60,346 nucleotides of DNA from Vermamoeba vermiformis (taxonomy: Eukaryota), in NCBI GenBank assembly GCA_045837725.1, contig JBEWZL010000100.1, forward strand, positions 1 to 60,346, given 5' to 3'. Under the pieces are notes generated by a model. The model saw only the letters and a program-made list of their open reading frames with translations, was not told where the DNA came from and did not search any database. This document shows, piece after piece, positions 50,306 to 60,346 of the stretch (the stretch's first letter is position 1; each line of letters starts with the position of its first letter). The position numbers were made by a program, and so were the translations under genes.

Positions 50306-53300
50306 TTATTTGTCAGCCTTTGAAGCCGCGTCAAGAGTAGCAATATAATTAAAATAACTATATATTACTTTTCTGCCTATTTTGGGATACTTCAGCTTGA
50401 TTTGCGACAAAGCAGTTCGCGTGATCTGATTCGGATACGCAACACCAGTGCCAGGGAACCCGTTCTGGAAATAACTCTTCAAAGTGAACAATGGACACTC
50501 TTCTTCTGAACGAGAGCTGGTGACAATTTCAGTGAATTTCTCCGTGCTCACAAGATTCGCTCCAGATCCAAATCCGGATTTGGCGAGGTACTTAACGAGC
50601 TTTGTGAACGACAAGCATCTATTGTATATGTGATATGTGCTTCCTATATTACTATCATTGCATAGTCCAACAATAGCACTCGCTGCAAAGTCGACAGGTG
50701 TCATGTCAAGTGTCACTTCTGCTACATCCGGAACTATTTTCAGTTTCAAGCACGTGTGCAACATTTTGCTAATATATTGTGCCATATTTGTTGCTCCGGT
50801 AATAGAATGTCCTATAGTGCATCGGTATTAGTCCTCCAGCTAGATTTTGTAGGAGTCAGATCCGCATACCTGTAATTGTTCCTAATCTGACAATAACGGT
50901 GGGAAGTCCTGCTTCAGAAGCACTTTTCACAAGCAACTCCGCGACTCGTTTAGAAGCCCTAATATTAATATTAATTCATTGTAAGGCCTTAAGGCGGATC
51001 AGATCTGAAAACTTACGCGTAACCACCAACAAATGCCAAATTGTCCGTTGATATTGCAGAAGTCTCGCTAAAGTCATTGTGCGAATTTCCATTGAAAATA
51101 CTAAGAGTTGACACGAAACAGAATAATTTCAAGTGATGTTTCGAAGCAATCTTCAGTGCGGTCTTTGTGCCTATGACGTTCGAAGCCCTAAGAGTTTCAT
51201 AAGGCAATATACCATTAACCTAAAAGTAGGTGTCAGGCACTATTTAAAATAATATGTTTTGTTGCCCGTACTCTTGCTCCATTGTGATAAATGATCGAAA
51301 CTTCCTTGCACAACACATCAAAATCCGTTTCGTTCAACCCGAAATTTTCCAGTTCCAAATCACCAGCAACCTATCATATAATATAATTGAGTATATAGTC
51401 CATAAAATTAATGTTATGTAACTTACGGGTATGACTCGGTCAAGATGCTTATTAACATTGTTCCAGATCTGGTACTCGGTCAATGTATCTTCCAATCGTT
51501 TCATCGCTTCAGGGCTCATAAAAGCCTTTTCTTGCTTCTCTTTTGTCCTAATTAGGCAATATACTTTGTAATTCTCTTTCTGTGCCAGTAACTCGTTCAA
51601 CAAAAACGCGCCGACGAAGCCAGTGACACCTGTCAACAAAATTGACGCGCCATCTCGGCTCTTTTTCTCGTACTGATGTGTTTTTATCGCTTCAATGACT
51701 TCACTTGGCAAGGCAGATTCACTGAACCAATCGTACTTGGGCTTGTCAACTTTGACATCTTGACCTTGCTGCTGCTTCATGACGTACTCGCCAATAGCAT
51801 TAATACTAACCGCGTTATTATAGAGCACGGATATAGGCACGTCGACTTTAAATCGCTGTTTGATCTCGTTAAGCAACTTTGTGGCTTTCACTGAATCAAC
51901 ACCCATTTCGACCAATGGCGTTGCTTTTCCATCACCAACTTCAATGTTCAAATCATTGGCAACGAGGTCAGCTATTTGTTGTTGGATCTGTTGTTGCATA
52001 TTGTCGTTTGTGGCCTTATATAGCTCGCGCATTTCGTCGCGGTATCGTTTGACCAATGACGCGCGGCTCAGCTTGAAACTTGGCGTTTGAAGTCCATTTT
52101 GTACCGTGAATGGGCAGTGATCTATTTTGATCGCTTTTGGAATTTCATATGGCCTTAAACTACCTTTCTCTCCGACCTCTTTCAGCGCTCTTAATACTCG
52201 TGTAATTAACTCGGGATTATTTGACAGCTGTTCATTAGTGTCACTAATGCCCTTCTCTTTTCGAAAGTCTTCGTAGGTCTAAGATGCTATAATTAGCACG
52301 TGATATACAGAGTCTTAATGTAAGGCTTACGCTGTCTTTCAAAACGACCACGCCGACCACGTAACTTTGAATGCTCTCGGCATAAATCCACAATTGATTA
52401 ACTAACGAACATTGCAATAGAATATTTTCGACTCGTTCAGGTGCAACAAATTCGCTTTGTGCCAATTTAAAAAAGTTTTTCCTTCGGTCAATAATTTTGA
52501 TCTTTCTCGTTCTAGGATTCAACTCGACAATGTCACCTGTAGTCGCGTAACCATCAGCATCATAATTCTCTTTGGAATTGATTTCATCTTTGTAGTAATT
52601 CATGACGCCTTCTCTTTCTAACGTCGGTTTGACCCACAATTCACCGCGTGGAAGTGGCTGATCGGTTGAAAAGTATCCGAGCTCGGGCACATCGACGAGC
52701 TTATACACGACTATAAATATGTTATATTAGGCGGCTACAATAAAATGATTAAGTTGCTTACGGTCTGCGTTTAGTTGACTGTCGATGGCAACGCCACCAA
52801 TCTCAGTGGTTCCGTAGCTGTCAAACACACCAACCTTGAAACAATCTTTCATCCACTGAATCACTTCGGGACTCGTCGGGGCACCACCAGTAGTAATACT
52901 CTATGGCGTCGTTAATTTAATGAAAAAATAGAAGTCACATCCGTACCCAAAGTCTGTCACATCCGAGCTTCATTTTGATTTCGTTATATAAGCCCTCGGT
53001 GATTTTCTCGGGGTCTTTGTCGGGATTGGCTTTAAGAGCTAGATCTAATGTCTGAATAAAGTCCGTGTACATCTGATTCCACACTCTTTTGAACGGGATC
53101 AGATGCGGACCACTTAAAAATTAATAATTGTCGTTTACCTTGGAGGACAACTCAAAAATGTCGGCCTCAATACGGCGATATCTTCAAACAGCGTGTCCAT
53201 ACTCTACCAGATGAATAACATTAGAATATTCCTTCGTGTCAAACCGACAGATCTGACCACGTGCACAGCGTGTCAAAATGTCAAACTAATGATGACACTT

Positions 53301-54792
53301 ACGCCGTTGAAAATGCCTAGCCTGCCACCGCTGGCGAGAGTAACATAAGCTGATCTTCTGGCAGTAGCGTGAGCGAGTGGACCGAATGAAATGGTCACTA
53401 CTGGCAAACTGCCCGTACGCCACGGACGAATGTCTCGATTCAAATGTTTATCGAGCACGATAATACCCTAGCAGTCCTCTATAAATACGAAATTTCACTG
53501 AGTTTACGAACTTACTTTCGGCTTGCCAGTGCTGCCAGAAGAGTAGGTCAGTGTGATCATGTCATCCGGTTTGAGCGGAATAATTGGCCTTCTATCAGCT
53601 TTGCCCTACAAAAAAAGTATAGTTAACACTAATATATAAGACTAATAATAACGTACTATTGCTAAAATTTCGTCCCATTTAAACAGCTCAACTCCGACGT
53701 CCTTGAGTTCAGCATGAATAATCTCAAAGTCCTTAATGATATTATCCATGCAAATTATAGTATTAAAAGCTGGCGTGCTCTTCTGTTTAGCTATTTCCAC
53801 GAACTAAAAATCAAAGTTAATTTAATCGGGTAAAATAAGTCAAAACTTACCACTGGCAATTGTTTTTCGGTTGTAACAAGGCACTGGATCTCAGCGTGTT
53901 GAACAATATGAGAAGCAGCAACAGCATCTATATGGCGTATGTTAATACGAGATTGATATTTCTTAAGTTGCGTACCATAGTTCCAATGGATCGGCACCGA
54001 TAAAAATCCACCAAAGACACAACCTAAAAAGAAATGTTAATACAAATCAATAAATACCATTATATAATATACCTATGTCAGTAACAAACCATTCCACGCG
54101 ATTAATGCCACAAATACCAATGACACTTCGCTTTAGTCACGATCGGTTAGTTTGTAAATTGTATTTGGAATTCTATCGCTTACTGTTGGAAATTTAGATA
54201 ATAGGCCTGAGCTAAAGTCTCGCGTCATTTCGTATGCCTGTTGATACGAGATCCACTTGTATTTCATGTTGTCTGAAGGATCGCGAGTGCCATAAAGCTT
54301 TCGTTCGCGATATAACATCATCCAATTCCTTATTTGGTGGTTAAATACTGTCGCTATGATTAAAGATACTGGCTTACTCTATTTGGTCAGCAAAGGTTGG
54401 AGCGGCAGTTGGCTGAGTCACCATTGAGGCTAAATTTCAAATAATATTAAAAGTCAAATCAAGGGTCGTAATTTTTCGTATAATTTTATTAATTAATAAT
54501 AGATTATTATTTTGGAATAGTACTTACGAATTGCACCGACTACTGGATGCGGATGTTGTCCTTGACATTCAGCACAAAGATCATAGGACGAGACATCTTC
54601 ACCACACTCCCAACAGACCCATCTATTTTCATTTGGCTCTATTCTACGCTTACAACCGTCACAAGCGTAGTTAATCTGGCCCAAGATCCTAACGCCCTGA
54701 TTATTTGTTCCATCAAGCCCAATGATAGGTACATCGAGGTCCTTGATATCTTTAATATCCTTTTTCTTATGGTGTGGATGCTCGTTGCCCAT
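50306..54792 (-). CDS. Carboxylic-acid-reductase-like NRPS-type enzyme (A-T-R) with N-terminal ZZ zinc finger
   Basis: ZZ: YACDGC...RWVCWEC...YDLCAEC..QHPHP. A domain: TYSSGSTGKPKG, SYGTTE, PRGELWV, TTGDIV, IIDRRKNFFKLAQSEFVAPERVE. T domain: MGVDSVKA (Ppant Ser). R domain: ILLTGVTGFVG, HNGARVN..LPYETLRASNVIGT, GYAASK, PVDFAA. Confidence 0.9.
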
Positions 54793-55261
54793 CTCTGTTG
54801 ATTTAAATTTAGTCTATTTTTCTTCCCGCCTAAGCCACACAACAACATTAATTTTACTGAACATAAATGCCTAATCAATAATATCTTCGTCCGATATGTG
54901 AGCAACCTGCAGAATGGTAAATTATTGGTTACAAGGTAAGATCGAAAGTTTGTTTTCCTGTAGTCAACAGACAAAATTAGAATAACTAACTTAAATTTTA
55001 ACGTTGATTTTTTTCAATCGAATTATAGCCTTTATTTCATAATTAGGGTGGAACAAAATATTTGGAGCAGATCGTGAACACAAAGCTTATCCTTTCTATT
55101 AAGGACTAGGAGCACCTGCACTTGCGTAACTCTGCAATGGTGATACGCTTTCCCGAACGAAATCTATGGTGGGTCACAAGCGGGTGCAGAAAATGCCAGC
55201 CAGAAAATAGAAGCTCCGCCGTTGTTCGATTGTCATCAAATTGAGCAACAACGCTAATACC

Positions 55262-56960
55262 ATGCGTTATATATTATCATTTTTTGCCTTAGTGTGGCTA
55301 GTTTGTAATCAAGCAAACGCTGACGGCATCACTTGGTCACGTTCGATCATCTCAGCATCCAATTCACTTCCAAGCTCTACCAACACTTCTGTATATACAA
55401 CCACGCTATCTAAGTATTCACCTCTATCTCCTAACTTTTCATGGAGAATAAACGATACCTTTGGCGATTGTAAGTCTGGATCGAAGGTTAAAATTATAAT
55501 GCTACCTTTGGTTCACATCTATCTGTGAAATTAAACTTACTTTTTAACTATCTCCAGGCTCCGCTGTTACTCTATCACCTTCCTATGGCAACTTTATCTC
55601 ATCAGTAGACGTTACAGTGCAAGTCAATTGGACATTGTACAACGTTGTCACGACAAGCCAATGCACCATCGTTGCACAAACTACTGATGGCCAGACCGCG
55701 TTATTAACTGTAAATATAGCGGTAACTTCGAGTAAGATTTCTTATGGTTTTGTCAAACCCAACGCCGGTGACATTATTGCTGACATTTTTTGGCAGCTTT
55801 GTGCAACTATCAACCAGATCCGTTCAGATTTTGCAAAGCGAAACATCTTTCTGTCAATGTATATTGCAAGAACGATACTGGCGTTTGCACTTGCACGGAA
55901 AACCATTTTGGACTTATTTGTCAGTTCTGTGATCCATCAGTAACATGCTCCGGTCGAGGTACTTGTGATCAAAATGCAAAGTGCGTTTGCGAACCAGGAT
56001 ACTATGGAGGCGTATGTGATGAATAGTATTGATATATAAATACAATATTAATCCGAACTCGTTGCAGGACTGCTCCGTGACTTGCAACCGAACCACAAAC
56101 TGCTCCGGCAATGGTAATTGTCTTCCGAATGGCTCTTGCAAGTGCGACGATGGATTCGTGTCTAGTGTACGTATCTACACCTTTTTATTATCATTTAAAC
56201 TAATTCAGGTATTAATCCGCTTCAGGACTGCTCGATCCAATGCTCACGTGCAGTCAATTGCTCTAAAGCGGGCGACTGCAGAGCAGACGGCACTTGTACA
56301 TGCGATTGGTATGCTTTTGGTGACAAGTGTCAATACAAAAAGTGTCCTAAGTGCGTTCACGGCACGTGCAATCCACAAACGGGTATATGTGACTGCGAGG
56401 CCAACTGGTTTGCGGACACGTGTAATGTTTATTGCAGCAGAGAAGAGACGTGCAATGGACACGGTACTTGCAACAGATATGGAGAATGCATTTGCGACGA
56501 TAACTACTACGGACTCAACTGCACTCGTGAATGTTCAGCCACTACTTGCCTTAATGGTTACTGCACGAGTTCTGGCGGATGTAAATGTAACCTTGGATAC
56601 TACGGACCTAGGTGCGACAAGTACTGCAGTTCAAGTACCTGCGACATGGGCACTTGCGACCAAAACACAGGTACGTGCACCTGCTTTAGCAACTACTTTG
56701 GCAGCGAATGCAGAACACGTTGCGTTGCTTCGGAGTGCTTGAATGGAGGCAGATGTGACGAGAATGGTGCTTGTGTGAACGATGGCGCAATCACTGGCTC
56801 AGAAAATGACTCGCTTAGCACAGGTGCAATCGCAGGTATTATTGTTGCAGGAGTGGCAGGCATTGTAATTGCCGTCGTTGTAATTGTCGTAATTGCCCGC
56901 AAACGCAAGGCTCGTGTTGAATACGTTGATGGCTATCAATTGCTAAACACAAAGAAATAA
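55262..56960 (+). CDS. EGF-like repeat type I membrane protein
   Basis: Signal peptide MRYILSFFALVWLVCNQANA, many CxxxGxC...CxCxxGYxGxxC repeats, TM GAIAGIIVAGVAGIVIAVVVIVVI followed by RKRK and a YQLL sorting motif. Confidence 0.88.
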
Positions 56961-57839
56961 AATTTGCCTATTGTGACGAAAAACATTGAAGGTAAACAAT
57001 CCATGACGATTTATTGACCCGCACGGAAGATCCACGTTGAGGAGCCACAATCCGCCACGTTAGACTGAGTCAGCATATCAATAACGCGCCTATAAAACAT
57101 TGCCTTCTGTTAATTCGCGATTTAAATTGATTGCGCACGACGCACCAAGCCAAATTTCGAAAGATTTAGTTTCGTCTCCTCATCTCCCTCTAATGATAAA
57201 CCAACAATCGATGCTGAAATAAGAGTATGTATTTATTGCTATCGGGCTATATAAGCACGCGTGGAGCTTAATCGGCAGTACGGGCAAAGATCGAGGATGT
57301 AAACAGCTCGAAACATCAATAAGGATTGTAACTGGTAAATATCCATCAAAAATATTTTTAGAAAATGTCTTTGTTAGCTTTTATGCTATTTTAAGCGGCA
57401 AGAGTGATTTTAAGGCTCCTCCTTTCAATTAATTAATTTCGTAAATCTGCTGATAGATTATTGTTCTCGGTCCCATTGTACCAATAAGCCAAACAAACAA
57501 TAAATTATAATGTCCAATAGACAGGCTCGCACGTACGAATAAAGCGAAGCAAGAACAAGAGCAAGCAAATCCGATGTAAATCCGCAATTCCAAGCACATA
57601 TTGCTAAATAAGACCAAATCGTCAATGGATTACATCGGTGGAATACTTTCAATCTCGAAGACGCAGAAACACGGGTGTTACATAATCCACATTAATCCAT
57701 GCGTGTCGATTGCCTTTTATGGTCATCGGAAAAATTAAGAAATGCAACTTTTGCCTATGCTTGGCAACTGCATTATCCCACCAAAATCTCGGCAAAAAAT
57801 ATAAATAGGGGTGCGGCAACGCTCAATTATTCAACCAAA

Positions 57840-58105
57840 ACAATAGAGAGAACAACAACTCTCGAACCAAAAACACAGCGCAGGAATAAAATAACAAACA
57901 GCTCTCAACTACAACTCGATCCGAAGAGTTTAACAGCTCATCATAAGAACAAGTAACAACGAAAGAACAAAAGAACTCACGAAGAACAAGAAGTAACGAA
58001 ACCAGATTCGAACAACAACAGCGAAAGAAAGAACAAAAAGTAACTCAGATCAACGAACACTCGAACAACAACTCACAACAACAACAACTCGCAACACTCA
58101 ACACT
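57840..58105 (+). repeat. A/C-rich low-complexity tract (CAA/GAA imperfect repeats), probable 5' leader of the downstream gene
   Basis: Strongly T-poor strand, with repeated units such as GAAAGAACAAAA(A)G(T)AACTCA and (CAA)n immediately before ATG 58124. Confidence 0.5.
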
Positions 58106-58123
58106 CGCTTGAATTAGCCTTTC

Positions 58124-59859
58124 ATGAACAAAGCCTGGATCCGTTTTCTTCTCGCCACTCTTTGCGTGAGCGCAGTCTTCGCACAAACTTGTCTCTACAG
58201 TGACGGCACAACAGTCGCTGGCAAGAGCATCAATGGCCTGTGCAGCTGCTACTCGGGCTACTGGGGTGCTAATGGCTACGCTGACTGCACTCTCAAGGAC
58301 GACCAATGCGCCTTCAACCCTGCTCCTCAAAACCTCCAAACCGGCTACATTCCCATCCTCGACGAACAAGCCTCTGGTGCCAACAACGGTGAAATCACTC
58401 TCGTGATCCGCTCGCCTCTCGTCACCAACAGAATGGATGCCGCCATCGCCTTCCAAAACGGTGATGCCAGCTGCTCGTACCCTGGCAACTTGTGGGTGAA
58501 GAGCGTCACTCAGTGCAATGACACCTTCACTGTCGTCATGCCCATGTCTTCTGCCTCCCTGTGCGGCTGGACTCGTGACGAAGATGCCACTTACAGCTAC
58601 ATGCGCAGCATTTTGATCGTATCTCAATACGACAACCTCGCTCTCCGTGGTGACCCCATCCTCCGTACCACTCAATCCATCATTCGTGTTGAAGTCAGAT
58701 TCCCCAAGAGAATTACTGTAAGCAGCTACGAGTTCGACGGAATAATTTCGATCGGAACATTTCTAACGCACGTGCTTCTAAATACAGGTTACCTCTGAAA
58801 TCAATGTGTTCAGCAGTGTCAACCTCTTGGCTGCGATCACGTTCCAAGCCTACGATCCCGTCTCTGGAACTGGTGCCCTCGAATACACTACCTCGTTGCA
58901 ATATCCCTTCAAGATCTCCGACGTTATTGGCCTCATTGTAAGTGCATTCGATAGCAGGTACTCTATGACTAGTGCTCACTATATTGATCTCATAGGTCCC
59001 CGCTCCTTTAGTCTCCAACTACTCTTTGACTGACATTAACTGCCCCGATACTCAAGGCGCTCCTTGCACTCAACAGATCCGTCTTGTTTTGATCCCCAAC
59101 GCCGCTTGCAAGTTGAACGGTGACTACAACATCACTACCTCACTCATCTGCCGTGGTGATCAAGCCGCTTGTCCTTTGGATGCCAACACCAACACTGCCT
59201 TGATTGCCTCCAAGGTTGTCTCTGAAGACTTCTGCCAGATCGTTCGCTTCGACATTGACCTCAACGGTGCTTTGGAAGTCTACCAAGACGCTCAACACAC
59301 CACCAAGAAGACTGCCTTCTTGCCCTCGCAAACTGCCTTCTTCTTGGCCACCGTCTGGTCCACCAAGGCTACCATCGTCTCCTCTGCCATCACTGATGTT
59401 GCCTACGCTCTTCCCGATGGTACTTCTCGCTCTCTCCTCGCCGCTGGTGACAACACTGCCCTCGGCAATGCCAACCAATTCGCCTTGACTCCCAACAACG
59501 CCACCTCTGAGGGCTTCCAATTCGTCGTCTCTGTCGGTCAAACCACCAATGACATGTTCCCCGTCAACATTGACGCCAACGCTCAATTCCAATTCAGCGC
59601 CACCGTCGAAGTCGAGTGGCAAGGCCTCAACACCCTCAGCACTGGCAAGCGTTTTGCTTTCAACTTTGCTCAAGCCAACGGTTTGCCTTCTGGCACTCAA
59701 GACAAGAAGTTCGACACCACTGTCGGCATCACTCCTTTGAACAACGTTGGTCAAACTCCTTCTGCCTCTGAGCCTTTGTCCAACCCTGCCTTCAGCAGTG
59801 CCTCAACTGTTGTTGCTTCCGTGGCCTCTGCCACCGTTGCCTTGTTGGCTCTCTTTTAA
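58124..59859 (+). CDS. Secreted, probably GPI-anchored surface protein with EGF-like module and ZP-like beta region; codon usage of a highly expressed gene
   Basis: Signal peptide MNKAWIRFLLATLCVSAVFA, CSCYSGYWG EGF-like motif, beta-rich Cys-containing body, C-terminal SSAS + hydrophobic VVASVASATVALLALF. Strong C-ending codon bias. Two introns (~58718-58787, ~58938-58995). Confidence 0.8.
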
Positions 59860-60346
59860 GCCAATTTTTGATTGCGAATACCTCGAATTGTGAATAAAAC
59901 TCTATCTTTAAAATTATTTCTGTCCTTTATTGGTCATTTGATACGACTGCAAGAAGTGGAGCGGATGTCGGTAAGGGGACGAGAGAATACAGCTGCGTAG
60001 TAACTCGGCAAGCTTCACTACCGTTTTGGCGTGCACTCACAACTAGGAATTAATCGAAGGATGAAAAAACAATCTGCAGCACTGCTCGATCTCGTTGAAG
60101 AACAAACTGGGCCTGATCGCGACAACCCGAGGTACTCGAAGAGCCCAGTTTTATAAAATGTCCATGGCACTGCATGAGTATCGTACGATAGCGAGTGCGT
60201 ATGCTAATCGGACTTGAAAGAGTAGTCGTCGGTGCAGGGCCATGTGCACGAGAGATAACCGTTACGAACAAGAAGGCGATTGATTATTTTTAATTGGGTT
60301 TTATTGTTGTTACAATGAGCTCGAGGGCTCATAAAGAGAGAAAGGT

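Noticed and set aside
56029-56742. 237-aa Ala/Thr-rich ORF
   Set aside because: Off-frame reading of the Cys-rich EGF exon.
58073-59754. Long antisense ORFs (58073-58675, 59140-59754)
   Set aside because: These are shadows of the strong codon bias in the plus-strand gene.
59940-60346. GC-richer stretch at the window end, possibly a decayed gene or transposon
   Set aside because: All frames are interrupted by stops, there are no recognisable motifs or terminal repeats, and it is truncated by the window edge.
1-60346. CRISPR arrays, rRNA, intact transposases/retroelements, prokaryotic operons, alternative genetic code
   Set aside because: None seen. Genes are spliceosomal-intron-rich and end in standard TAA/TAG stops.

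Overview
Gene-dense, intron-rich eukaryotic nuclear DNA with AT-rich, mostly short GT-AG introns and Asn-rich low-complexity proteins. The gene content suggests a free-living amoebozoan-type protist (inference). Splicing by eye gives about 20 genes plus one intronless tRNA-Tyr(GTA). In order: F-box/LRR protein, DnaQ-like DEDDh exonuclease, carnosine N-methyltransferase-like protein with a His-x-His leader, an unknown nuclear protein, two PA-domain multi-pass membrane proteins, PHOSPHO-type HAD phosphatase, a tandem pair of ARM-repeat/BC-box proteins, peroxisomal hydratase-2/SCP2, an RRM-Maelstrom protein, SAP-Kelch-BTB-BTB, an IPT/TIG receptor TKL kinase, histidine acid phosphatase, a stand-alone cullin-repeat ORF, an unknown protein, a ZZ-finger carboxylic-acid-reductase-like A-T-R enzyme, an EGF-repeat membrane protein and a GPI-type surface protein. 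The main observations are: (1) one ~8 kb gene apparently encoding ankyrin-GRAM-GRAM-NmrA-EF-hand-PIP5K, with an antisense ubiquitin-like gene nested in an intron; (2) a Maelstrom (MAEL) domain fused to an RRM with a half-retained DEDD site; (3) the 3' halves of a PARP gene and an ArgE/M20 gene joined back-to-back with no 5' ends; (4) recurrent RGATCY and TGACACGTGTCA palindromes in introns. Domain calls come from motif recognition only, with no database searches, and exon boundaries are manual predictions.
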